Origin: Podarcis gaigeae
Lineage: Eukaryota
Strand: one strand, 5' to 3'
Assembly (NCBI GenBank): GCA_964106915.2
Contig: OZ066916.1
DNA: 64,000 nucleotides
Made by a program: the position numbers and the translations under genes. This document shows, piece after piece, positions 13,223 through 24,476 of the stretch (positions are counted from its first letter, which is position 1; each line of letters opens with the position of its first letter). The notes under the pieces were generated by a model. The model was given only the letters and a program-made list of their open reading frames with translations, did not search any database and was not told the origin of the DNA.

Positions 13223-13988
13223 CAGTGGTGCCCCGCAAGACGAACACCTCGCAAGACAGAAAACCCGCTAGACGAAAGGGTTTTCCGTTTCGGAGGCGCT
13301 TCGCAAAACGAATTTCCCTATGGGCTTCCTTCGCAAGACGAAAGCCCACAGGGAAATCTCCGGGACAGCGGGGAAGCGCAGCGCATCTTCCCCACTGTCC
13401 TCAGACCTCCTCTGAAGGCTGGTGGTGGGGCGGAGAGACCTCCTCCTGCCGCCAGCCTTCGGATGGCTGCTCCGAAGGCTGGCGGCGGGAGGAGGTCTCT
13501 CCGCCCCACCGCCAGCCTTCGGAAGGCTGCTCCGAAGGCTGGCGGTGGGGCGGAGAGACCTCCCGCCGCCAGCCTTCGGAAGGCTGCTCTGAAGGCTGGC
13601 GGTGGGGCGGAGAGACCTTCTCCCCGCGCCAGCCTTGGGATGGCTGCTCCGAAGGCTGGCGGTGGGGCAGAGAGACCTTCTCCCTGCGCCAGCCTTCGGA
13701 TGGCTGTCCTGAAGACTTGCGGTGGGAAAAACCCTCCTCCCACCGCAAGCCCCGGGAACAGAGGAGAAGCGCTGCGCGCCTTCCCCTCTGTTCCCGTACC
13801 TGTCCTGAAGGCTTGCGGTGGGGAGAAAAGCCCTTCTCCGCACCGCCAGCCTGGCAAGCGGTCTCCATAGGAACGCATTAATTGATTTTCAATGCATTCC
13901 TATGGGAAACCATGCTTCGCAAGACGAAAAACTCGCAAGAAGAAAAAACTTGCGGAACGAATTAATTTCGTCTTGCGAGGCACCACTG
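13223..13988. mobile_element. Tigger/pogo-like non-autonomous transposon with internal hairpin array
   Basis: 22-bp TIR CAGTGGTGCC(C/T)CGCAAGACGAA, TA TSD, subterminal CGCAAGACGAA repeats, CpG-rich interior. Confidence 0.9.
13411..13722. repeat. Array of 57-60-bp palindromic units
   Basis: CCGCCAGCCTTCGGA-N7-TCCGAAGGCTGGCGG at 13449, 13509, 13566, 13627 and 13687 (last diverged). Confidence 0.92.
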
Positions 13989-14002
13989 TATATGTAAAAT
14001 TA

Positions 14003-14580
14003 ATAGAATTGTAGTTTGAAGGGATCCCGAGGGTCATCTAATCCAACCTCCTGCAATGTGGGGGTCTCAACTACATCATACATGACAGGTGGTCATCCAA
14101 TCCCTGCTTTAAACCTCAAAGGTAGGAGAGTCTACCACCTCCTGATGGAGCCCATTCCACTGTTGAACACCTCTTCCTGATATTTAGTTGGAATCTCCTT
14201 TCTTGTAACTTGAATCCATTGGTTCGGGTCTTAGCTTCCGGAGCAGGAGACAGCAAGCTTGCTCCATCTTCCATGTGACAGCCCTTTAGATAGTGGAAGA
14301 TGGCTATCATATCTCCTCTCAGTCTCCTCTTTTCCAGGCTAAACATATCCAACTCCCTCAAACATTCACCCTCTTCTGCACGTGTTCCAACTTGTCAATA
14401 TCCTTCTTAAATTGAGGTACCCAGAACTGGATACAGTACTCCAGATGTGGTCTGACAAAGACAGAGTAGAGTGGTACCATTACTTCCCTTGACCAGGACA
14501 CTATACTTCTGTTGATGCAGCCTAGAATAGCATTCACTTTGTTTTGCTGCTGCATCACATTTTTTACTCATGTTAAACTT
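14003..14580 (-). mobile_element. CR1 LINE 3' end (left part of a split copy)
   Basis: ORF-track peptides [35 protein letters not shown] and FSLEKRRLRGDMIAIFHYLKG are CR1 C-terminal motifs; ATTCTAT-type tail at 14003. Confidence 0.92.
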
Positions 14581-16266
14581 AGATAGATAGATAGATAGAT
14601 AGATTCTTTATTGTCATTACACAAGTGCAACATTGCACAAGTGCAACGAAATTGGATGCCATCCCTTAAAAACAACAAAAGCAACACAACAACAACAACC
14701 AAACAAACCACATTCCAGCCACACCCACACCCACACCCATCAAACTCCCAGGTCACACTATCGAGTTACTGCATTTAAGAAGGCCACAGCTCTTGGATAG
14801 AAACTATTTTTCAGTCTATTTGTCCTTGACTTGATGTTTCTGTATCTCCTGCCAGAAGGCAGTAGTACAAACAGACTGTGTCCCGGGTGAAATGCATCCT
14901 GCAGGATATTGTTTGCTTTCCTAAGACAACGGGAACCGTACAGTTCTTCCAAAGATGGGAGGGGATGACCAATAATCCTTTGGGCTGTGGTTATGACCTT
15001 CTGGAGCACCTTCCTCTTCCTAGCTGTACAGCTGGAGAACCAGGCACAAATACAGTATGTGAGAATGCTCTCTATGGAGCCTCGGTAGAAGGACACCAGC
15101 AGTCTCTCACTCAGATTGTTCTTCTTTAAAAGTCTGAGGAAATAAATTCTCTGCTGGGCCTTCTTCACCAGAGCAGTGGTATTTGCGCTCCAAGTCATGC
15201 CCTGATCGATAGTCACTCCCAAAAACCTGAATTCCGCCACCCTCTCCACCCGTTCCCCGTTGATATACAAGGGCTGAATGTCCGCCTTTTTTTCCCTGTA
15301 ATCCACCACCAGTTCCTTGGTCTTAGTCGTATTAAGAGCCAGATTGTTCTCTCCACACCAAGCACAAAGCCGCTCCACCTCGTCCCGATAGGCGGACTCA
15401 TCCCCTCCTGAAATGAGCCCCACCACCGTAGTGTCATCAGCAAACTTGATGATTTTGTTGCTGGAATAAATGGCTGTACAATCATACGTATAGAGAGTAT
15501 AGAGCAGGGGACTCAACACACAACCCTGTGGTGAGCCGGTGTTAAGGCTAAGGGCTGTGGACATATGTGACCCTACTCTAACCCTCTGAGAACGTTCTGA
15601 CAAAAAGTCCAAAACCCAGAGACAGGTGGAGTTGGAGAGTCCAATCGCCTCTAGCTTGGACACCAGTCTATGGGGGAGGATAGTGTTAAAAGCAGAGCTA
15701 AAATCCACAAACAGCAGCCTCACATAACTCCCCGGCTGCTCCAGATGGAACAGAGCAGCATGGAGAGTGGTAGTGATAGCGTCTTCCGTGGATCTATTTG
15801 CCCTGTATGCAAACTGGTAGTTGTCAAAAGTTGATGGAAGACAGGAAATAATGTGACGGCGCACCAGTTTCTCAAAACACTTCATGATGATTGGAGTCAG
15901 TGCAACTGGTCTGTAGTCGTTCAGACTACTGATTGTGGATTTTTTAGGCAGAGGAACAATAGTTGACGACTTCAGGCAGGGTGGGACAATAGACTGGTGT
16001 AAGGACTTGTTGAAGATCTTAGTAAAGACCCTCGCCAGCTGATCCGCACAGCCCTTCAACACCTTTCCCGTGATGCCATCAGGTCCAGCAGCCTTCCTCG
16101 GATTCACCATCCTCAGTACCTGTCTCACCTCATGCTCCTCTACAGTGAATGAGGGGCCCCTATGGGCTGGTGGCTGTAATACCGGCGTCTCAGGTGGCTC
16201 CTTCTCGAAGCGAGCAAAGAAGAAGTTAAGCTCCTCCGCCAGCAAAGGGTCACCGTCGACAGCACC
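14581..16266 (-). mobile_element. 5'-truncated Rex1/Babar non-LTR retrotransposon nested in CR1
   Basis: RT ORF, 3' UTR ending AATGACAATAAAGA plus (ATCT)n tail; AACTT at both junctions (14576-14580, 16267-16271); CR1 resumes seamlessly. Confidence 0.88.
14758..16245 (-). CDS. Rex1/Babar-type reverse transcriptase (uninterrupted, lacks N-terminal endonuclease and true start)
   Basis: Motifs KAAGPDG, NDYRPVALTPIIMKCFEK, DFSSAFNTI, GSPQGCVLSPLLY, KFADDTTVVGLI and C-terminal HP...LLPSGRRYR...RLKNSF; 495 codons without a stop; the called start is TTG. Confidence 0.9.
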   Translation of the reverse strand: MLAEELNFFFARFEKEPPETPVLQPPAHRGPSFTVEEHEVRQVLRMVNPRKAAGPDGITGKVLKGCADQLARVFTKIFNKSLHQSIVPPCLKSSTIVPLPKKSTISSLNDYRPVALTPIIMKCFEKLVRRHIISCLPSTFDNYQFAYRANRSTEDAITTTLHAALFHLEQPGSYVRLLFVDFSSAFNTILPHRLVSKLEAIGLSNSTCLWVLDFLSERSQRVRVGSHMSTALSLNTGSPQGCVLSPLLYTLYTYDCTAIYSSNKIIKFADDTTVVGLISGGDESAYRDEVERLCAWCGENNLALNTTKTKELVVDYREKKADIQPLYINGERVERVAEFRFLGVTIDQGMTWSANTTALVKKAQQRIYFLRLLKKNNLSERLLVSFYRGSIESILTYCICAWFSSCTARKRKVLQKVITTAQRIIGHPLPSLEELYGSRCLRKANNILQDAFHPGHSLFVLLPSGRRYRNIKSRTNRLKNSFYPRAVAFLNAVTR

Positions 16267-16522
16267 AACTTGTGGTCTACTAAGACCCCTATATCCTTTT
16301 CACATGTACTATTGGCAAGCCAGGTGTCCTCCACCTTATATTTGTGCAGGTGGCTTTTTCTGCTTAAGTGTAGAACCTTACACTTGTCCCTGTTGAAATT
16401 CATTTTGTTAGTTTTGGCCCAGTTCTCCAATCTGTTAAGGTCATCTTGAATCATGATTCTGTCTTCTGCAGCATTGGCTACCCCCTCTCACTTTGGTGTC
16501 ATCTGCAAATTTGATGAGTAAT
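16267..16522 (-). mobile_element. CR1 LINE (right part of the split copy, 5' truncated)
   Basis: Reverse strand reads LIKFADDTK and IQDDLNRLENWAKTNKMNFNRDKCKVLHL. Confidence 0.92.
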
Positions 16523-16530
16523 CCCAGTGA

Positions 16531-16760
16531 CTTAGAGCCCTATTGGATCAGACCAAAGGTCTATATAACATAGTATTCTCACTGTGGCCAAGTAGATACC
16601 TTTGGGAAGCCCCAGGATGTGAGTACAATAGCTCTGTCCTGTTTATGCTCCTCCAGCAACTGATATTCAGAGAGGTATACTTCCTCTGATACTGGACATA
16701 CGGTAGTTCATAGCCCTCATGACTAGTAGTCATATATAGCCTTCTGTGAATTTGAGTAAT
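16531..16760 (-). mobile_element. Degraded 3' end of a second CR1-type family
   Basis: AGAGCCCTATTGGATCAGACCAAAGGTC motif; related remnant near 37240. Confidence 0.55.
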
Positions 16761-17114
16761 TTGGTAGTGCAGCAGTAAATTCAGAGGTGCAGGCACTCTT
16801 CCTTCAATATCAATCTTATAGTTGAGTGTTGACAGGATTGTAGCCAAAGCAGGATCACTGAAAAACAAGGGGAAACCCAGGGTTCCAGAAAAAAAACCTA
16901 AACCTTTAGGGAGAAGAAACCCAAGCAGCAAAATAAACAAAACTTTAACCCAAACAACCTAGGGAGAAATGACCTTGCTCAGCGGCCACAGAAGGCTGAG
17001 TATATGTTGGGATAGAAAAATGGGAAGAGTGGAAATGAGTATCTTAGAGAAGGGGATAGCCTTGAACCCTGAAGATGAGCACATCTCAGTGCCATACTTA
17101 TTAATCATAATTTA

Positions 17115-17330
17115 CAGTCATACCTTGGGATAAATACGCTTCAGGATAAGTATTTTCGGGTTGCGCTCCGTGGCGACCCAGAAGTTTTGTCGCTGGCGCA
17201 TGCGCAGACGGTCAAAATGACGTCACACGCATGCACGGAAGCGGCCAGATGCGCTGACGCGTCTTACGTTCTGTTCAGGATGCAAATGGGGCTTCGGAAC
17301 GGATCCTGTTCACATCCTGAGGTACCATTG
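17115..17330. mobile_element. Tigger-like MITE
   Basis: TA|CAGTCATACCT ... AGGTACCATTG|TA; same internal layout as 5533. Confidence 0.85.
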
Positions 17331-17879
17331 TATTAAATTTAAATCATGATCTGCCTCTCAAAGGAACCCAGGGCAGCATTTTGTTGCAGATTCCACTTGA
17401 AATAGATATGCATAAGATATTAAGAACAATGTGTATCATAAAATTATTATTCCAGATGTTCTTATATAAATGTTGCATCTTTTCAACCAGCTTTGTGAGC
17501 TTTACTGAGGGTCACACAGATTTGTGTACATCATGCATACAGATTTTTATCATCAGTTGGAGCTGCAGCAATAGAAAAATCAGACCTTTTGATTCATTAA
17601 TATGGCAGTCAGTTCTAAATGAGAGCATATGAAATGACTGCATATTCTCCACATTGCCTGTGTTCTAAGAATATCAAATATTTACACACTATTTTGGGAA
17701 CTGGTATATTTCAGATGCAAGCAATTCTCCTACATTGGTTAGGAAGCCTCTCAAATAGGAGAAGCCAATTCCAGGAAAAACATCCGCCTTGTAAACAGAA
17801 GTTTCTAGTTTAAAAAATATAGTTGCTATCCCCATTTTTGTCCTCATTTTTCATTGCACAGCACTGAGATACTGTAGCC

Positions 17880-18466
17880 CAGGGGTTTTCAACCTTTTGG
17901 GGTCCACGACTCCCTTGGCCAACTACATTCTTTCTGCGGCACCCCTGTGGGGCTCAGGAGCCCACTTGTGTCACCCCTTGCCTGCAGAGATGGCAGCCTC
18001 TTGCCCTTTTTCAAACACCCTCCCTTGTGAAGTGTTCCTGTAGCTTCCTCTCCCCTCTCCTTGGGAGTCCTCTGGGCAGCCGCTGCCCTGGTCTCTGAGC
18101 TGCACACCCCACCCCAAAGAGAAGTATCTCTTCACACTGCCCCACAGGAGCCTGGGACTTGACTGTCCATTCCCAACAGCAAGGGCTGGCAGACTGGCTG
18201 CCTGGACTCCCTCGCCTGCCTGCTTACTTGCTTGCTCTGAGGCTGCCTTAGTTCCTGGTAACCAGCACCCCCTGAGCAGTTCCAAAGACACCATTCGCTT
18301 GGAGAGCTTGTAGTCAGTGCTGCTGCAACGAACAGCTGTGCAAGCCTTTGGGAGGCAGAGATGCAAGAGAGCATCAGAGGAGGGAGGGAGGGAGGGAAGG
18401 AAAGAGGGACAGAGGCCAGCGTTGCCTGCAGCACCCCTGACCATCATTCAAGGCTGAAAACCACTG
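17880..18466. mobile_element. hAT non-autonomous element
   Basis: TIR CAGGGGTTTTCAACC / GGCTGAAAACCACTG; 8-bp TSD CTGTAGCC / CTGTAGTC. Confidence 0.88.
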
Positions 18467-18623
18467 CTGTAGTCTAATTCAGCTAACATGTCTACTCAAA
18501 AGTAAGCGTTATTGAAATCAGCGGGCTTTAGTCTTAGAGGCAATCTTAACCCTACTTACCGGTACCTAAGTGCCATGACTTTTCCTGGGGCGAAGCCATT
18601 GAAAGGGCAAGTCAGTTGGCAGT

Positions 18624-18740
18624 CTAATCCTATGCATGTTTGCTGGGAAATGAATCCTACTGAGTTTAATGAGACTTGCTTCCTGTTCCCTAGTACTTAC
18701 TTCTGAGAACTTACTTCTGAGAAGACTTCAATAGGACTGA
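18624..18740. repeat. Member of a short imperfect-palindrome repeat family (AATCCTATGCATG...CATAGGATTG); also near 1764, 3520, 21778, 27718, 44300, 58961
   Basis: Recurring inverted ends with an AGTAAGTCCC/ATTGAA-like core. Confidence 0.6.
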
Positions 18741-18869
18741 ACTGTTAATTCCTTTCTGATATATTTTGGACTGGGGTTTTGAGGGGAGAAATTTTAATAG
18801 TTTTAGTTTTCTGTATTATTCATGCAAAGAATAGCATATTACAAGCACAGTTAAGACGTAAAGAGCCTC

Positions 18870-18907
18870 AGTTGCTGCTGCTGCTGCTGCTGTTGTTGTT
18901 GTTGTTG
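18870..18907. repeat. (GCT)n(GTT)n microsatellite
   Basis: Directly visible. Confidence 0.95.
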
Positions 18908-19300
18908 TGTGTTTGTGATTTTACAAGAAACATGTCTAATTGCACTACAATAAGGTGGTAAGACACAAAGGTTCGGTGATCTGGGCTACATTGATTAATA
19001 TAACAGCAGATCTGCCATAGGATATCATGGGATTGTGTTTTCCTTACCACTTTTCTTGAGCTTCACTCTTAAAGGTGCCTAAGAGTGCTCATCAAACCTT
19101 AACTACCGAATGACTTTCCCACACCTACATTTGAATATGTCAATTTAATCAATTTAATGACTGAAATCTGTTAAGTACACCCACCACCCAATGAGTACAT
19201 AGTGGGAAGAGGGGGGGAGGCACCAAGGCCAGTCAGCTGATGGGGGGAAATGCCTACTCATTCCCAGACAGTGATCAGAAAATGCCTATATTGAAAAAAG

Positions 19301-19579
19301 CAGGGGTTGGCAAGGCTTACCTTGCCTGGGCCGGTTCACTGGCACAGAGCCCCCTCCGTGGGCCAGATCGCGTGAGCACTCCCACCTGCGATTTCCAGCA
19401 TCTGCGCAGACGCGATTTCCTGCGCCGCGAAAGTGGGTCCCCGCACCATGCTGCGCCAGTTTAGCACAGCGCGTGGGGACTTGCCGAGCGGGCAGCTTGG
19501 TTCGGGAGTGGATCGTGGCCCAGTAAAACAACCCCTGTGGGCCGCTTGTGGCCCATGGGCCTTAGGTTGTTGACCCCTG
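19301..19579. mobile_element. hAT MITE
   Basis: TIR CAGGGGTTGGCAA / TTGTTGACCCCTG; TSD GAAAAAAG / GAATAAAG. Confidence 0.85.
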
Positions 19580-22500
19580 GAATAAAGGGTGGGGGGAGTG
19601 GGTACAGATAAGCCAAAGACACTAAATGAGAGATAGCGTGGGCTTAAATAACCCTTACTCTAACCCTACCACCCAGGCATCTGTGCAAGTATATAGGCAT
19701 ACTTGAAGCTGAAGTTGTGGCCTTTCTCACCTAAGCATCCAAAAGGGAGCCTGCCACTGCAGCTGGTTTGGGGGCAGTGGGATGCCAGCCACAGTTCCTA
19801 AACCAGCAATGTGGAAGCTTAACTGGATGTCAGGGTTGACTGTACGTCATATAAAGCTTATATAACCAATTAAAAAAAAATTGGTGTGTGCTTAAATGCT
19901 GAAAGAATATGCCAATAACCTTTGAACAGCAACACATCAAATTAGTTTCCACCAAGCATATCATGACAAAAAGAATGTTCCATAAATTAGGTAAAAACTG
20001 CCTTCTTTAATTAAATGTGATTATTGACCCAGTACTTGCAACAGATGCAAAGTTTTGTACGTTTTGGGGGATGGGAGTGCTTTAAAAAAAGATAGCAACA
20101 GTCTACCCTTGAAGGTCAAACTTTAAAAAAAAAAACTTCCCTAGAAATGCATCTTAACAGAACTTGAAAAGCTTTTGTATTATCACTGATGCGTTTCACT
20201 GGTCGTGGAGAGAAAAATTCCTCCCGCTCATCCTTCCCCCATAATAATAATCCTTCTCTTCAGTAACTCCTCAAAATATTAATTGAGAGAATAGCTTGAA
20301 GATACGTTCTGAGGAGTGCTTAAGCCTGTATTCACTTGCCTTTCTGTCTCTTTTTTAAAAAATCGAGTAAGTTGATTGGTGAGTCCTGAAAATCCACAGT
20401 TAGTGATATAAGGCCTCTTCTCACTTTAATTACTGTTTGACAGGCACATTTACTTTCCAGCTGAGCTGTCCTAAATGGAAGCAGCTGCTTTTTAAAACTA
20501 TACCCCATTCCAAATCCCTACCTTCAATATTTTTAGGACATGAAACCTGTAATTCTTCTTTGATTTATGAAAGGGAAAAATCTCTCTTTTGGTGTCATGA
20601 CATTGGTCTGCACACAAGGAAAGAAGTCTCCTTCTGCTTCCTAAAGTTTGAAGGAATTAGACTGTCTGTTCATGTTCATGGTACAATATCACAAACTTTT
20701 CGTGTTGCCATACAAAGGTAGACAGACAGATACACTCTATGGATTGCTCTTGATTTTTCATTGTTGGATAGAGCAATCACTGTTGCTAGGAGCAGCAGAG
20801 CAGCGGATCAGCTGCCAGATCCAAAGCCCTATGAGTGGTGGGTATCAAATTTGTTGCAGCAGTTCCAGGCTCATACAGCTGAGGGGCCCACATCATGGGA
20901 TCTAGCAGAATCACAGCCCTGTAAAACATTAATTCAGGACCTTCTGCTGGCTACAGTTGGTAGTAATCAATCTACAGTGCTTTCCATCGCCACAGAGAAT
21001 ACTTCTTCACTGGTGGAGGCCAGTGGACAAGAACACCCTACTATAACCTAACCCTCTCCAGCAGCAAAAATAGGGGGTTAGGATTGCTGCCTTATGCATT
21101 TGATTGTGAACAATAGATGAAGACCTAGAAATTATTAAATCACTAGAAGAAGCTAGGATTAAACCAGTTTCAGGTATAATACATGTATCAAAAAACTGAT
21201 AGTTTTCAAGTGTATTCTATTCACTGTACAATCAGTTGAAAAAGTTGCTCTTGGAAATATGGCAGTAAAAACCTCACATAACTGCAAATAAATTCAAATT
21301 CAAATACCGGTAGTTCCTGCTGTTTTTTTCATAACCCCCCCCCCAGGGCATTTATTTTCTTAACAATTTTTTGCAACAGGAAAATACTAGTTTCCATTTG
21401 GAATTTCTATACCAAGTTACTGTATTTTGTTATTGGCAAACAGTCCACATTTGTCCTCGGGAAGACGGTCATTTATTTCTTCTTCACATTAAACAAGGCA
21501 AGAAGGGAAACAGAGGCCCAGATGATTAATCCTAATCCAGAAACAGATGTAACTGGCAGACAATTAGATTAGAAATATTGAACTACTGTCTAGTGCTGAA
21601 GTTGTGTTATTAATATGTTAAATGTGTTGGCAGTAACCAGTAAATCTTTGTGGCTTAGTGAAGTGGAATTTAAGACAAATAGATAAATTGAAGCAGAACA
21701 ATAATTATAAATAATTTGTTTTGATTTTTTTCTTGTTCAGGCTGGTGCAGTTTCCTCTGTTTAGACTGGCATATGTAGGCTGCAATTCTATGCACTTTAA
21801 TATGGGAATTTAACCGAGTCAGCATGCATAGGATTGCACTATTAGATTAGTACATGAAGATTGTGGCACTTTGAAGTTAACTTTGTCCTTGTTTTGTAGA
21901 TCTTTACTATCTCCCCGGGAAAATGTATCCACTTGAGTGAAAGGAGGCACAAAAAATGGGAATGGAATTTTATCAGCTATTGCATTTATTTTCTGATATG
22001 TCCTTGCTGCCATTTCTCCTCCTATCTGTCTCTGGCTTTTTTTCATTATTTATTATTTAATTTGTATTTTGTCCACCACTTTTCTGCAAACAAGAAGCTT
22101 TCCATATTCATTTTGTGCTGTTATGAGTTATCTACTCGTTTGTCATCAATGTGGTTACTCTTGAATATGCCATATGGTCTTCAGCAGAACTAACTTCTGA
22201 ATAAGTGTGTTTTTAAGATTACTCTTTTATTGCAAGCAGTACTTTGTTGGGAACCTGTCATGAAGACTCAATGCAAGATACATGGGAGAGCTTGGAGGGT
22301 TATAAAAACCAGCTATAAAGAGGAAGGTGGTGGTGCTTGTAGCCCACCAAGACTTGGGAAAACAGAACTAGAGAAAACAGAAACTATGTTTAAGACATTG
22401 GGATTAAAACTCAGGTTTGATTTTTGCTTAGAAAGTTGTTGTGTAGTAATGGGAGTGGCTTTTAAGTGCTCTTACTGCATAAGTCATGTATTATCAGAGG

Positions 22501-23528
22501 TCCACAGGACATGAGGCTATTGTTGTGAACATGTGTGCAGGACAAAAGGATATGATCCTTTCCTTTTTCCTTCTGACTCAGAAAGATTGATACAGTCCTA
22601 GGGGTCTATGTTTAGAGTTGGCTGAATATTGTGAGATGACGGCATTTTGTTTCTGGCACACCTTCTCTTTCTGATCTGTAGATTTAAAGTGAGCATAGGT
22701 TTGCAGTGTGCTTTTGGTTAGCAGTTGACTTTTGTTGTTTGTGAAATGGAATGGTTTAAAATATGTATATGTATGCACACACAAAAAGTTCTTCTTGGGT
22801 AACTGCTTTCCACAGATGGAATACAAGCTGCTCATTTTTGTGTTTGGGCTGAAGGCTTCTTAGCCTTTGATATGTGTTACATGGTATAAAATGGCATGTA
22901 GTATGTTTCTAAGTACTGTAATTCCAGCATCTCTAATAGAACTGATAAGTAATTTCTCTTAATTATGTTTAATACTATCTGTGTTTAATGCTGTTTTTTC
23001 ATTGGCAACTTGTTCATTCATGGTTTTGTTTGTCATTATGGTTTGTATTTTTGTGTCTTTATATTCCAAACCGCCCTATGCTCCTCAGATGAAATGGTAT
23101 AGAAATTTAATAAATCACCACCGTGCAAATCCTATAATAAATGCAAATACCAATGAGTATTCATGTAATCCATAGAATAGACTGTTGGACTACTTCCTGG
23201 TAGATCTAGTTTCAGTTCCTTCTTCTGCAGTAATTTTACTGCTTAGCTCAAACAAGTCACTTTCAACGTGTGAAAGAAGAGTGATAGTACCAAGCCTCCT
23301 CTGCAGAAATGAGCTTTGTATACATGCATTCAATGAGTTGTGAATTAGGATTTTTAGTGCCGGCAATAGTACTTTTTGGCAGATGTATCCAGTACCGTAT
23401 TTTTCGCTCTATAACACGCACCTGACCATAACACGCACATCGTTTTTAGAGGAGGAAAACAAGGGAAAAAACATTCTGAATGAAACAGTGGATGTATCAT
23501 TTTTGTGCTTCATGCTGTGGCCACAGAC

Positions 23529-24213
23529 ATGTGATCTGATGGTGAATTTGGGGTGACCCAATGCAAAAATCCTGAGAATTCCTGTGCATCCATGGTTTGT
23601 AACCACGTTTTTGCACCATTGCAGCCCCAGGCAACAGTGGGTGCGTGATTTTGGGGGGCAGGCTGTAGCCATGGACATGCTATGTGCTCTGATGGTGAAT
23701 TTGGGCTGACCCAATGCAAAGATCCTGAGGATCCATGTGGATCCATGGTTTTTAACCACATTTTTGCACCATTGCAGCCCCAGGCAACAGTGGGTGCGTG
23801 ATTTTGGGGGGGCAGGCTGTAGCCATGGACATGCTATGTGATCTGATGGTGAATTTGGGGTGACCCAATGCCAAAATCCTGAGAATTCCTGTGCATCCAT
23901 GGTTTGTAACCACGTTTTTGCACCATTGCAGCCCCAGGCAACAGTGGGTGCGTGATTTTTGGGGGGCAGGCTGTAGCCATGGACATGCTATGTGATCTGA
24001 TGGTGAATTTGGGGTGACCCAATGCCAAAATCCTGAGAATTCCTGTGCATCCATGGTTTGTAACCACGTTTTTGCACCATTGCAGCCCCAGGCAACAGTG
24101 GGTGCGTGATTTTTGGGGGGCAGGCTGTAGCCATGGACATGCTATGTGATCTGATGGTGAATTTGGGGTGACCCAATGCAAAGATCCTGAGGATCCATGC
24201 TTTGTAACCACAT
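23529..24213. repeat. ~154-bp tandem array (4 full units plus a partial one) inside the Tc2-like element
   Basis: Units start at 23529, 23682, 23836, 23990 and 24144. Confidence 0.95.
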
Positions 24214-24333
24214 TTTAAGTGGGGAGCGAAGGAAAAACAAAGAAGGGACATTAGAGGGGTGTGCAGAGAAGCAGCTGGCTAAGAATGCAGGAGAGGGATT
24301 TAAGGGGAGGGAGGAAAGAAAAGCAAAAGTTTC

Positions 24334-24476
24334 NNNNNNNNNNNNNNNNNNNNNNNNNNNNNNNNNNNNNNNNNNNNNNNNNNNNNNNNNNNNNNNNNNN
24401 NNNNNNNNNNNNNNNNNNNNNNNNNNNNNNNNNNNNNNNNNNNNNNNNNNNNNNNNNNNNNNNNNNNNNNNNNNNN
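24334..24476. other. Assembly gap (143 N)
   Basis: Run of N. Confidence 1.

Noticed and set aside
13411-13722. CRISPR-like array of palindromic repeats with spacers
   Set aside because: Spacers are copies of one sequence, there are no cas genes, and the array sits inside a TA-flanked eukaryotic MITE.
13201-13881. Five overlapping ORFs of 135-226 aa on both strands
   Set aside because: Product of GC-rich palindromic repeats with periods divisible by 3; no domain or splice signals.
14758-16245. Domesticated RT gene or bacterial retron/group II intron RT
   Set aside because: LINE-type motifs, 5' truncation, microsatellite tail and no proper start indicate an ordinary non-LTR insertion.
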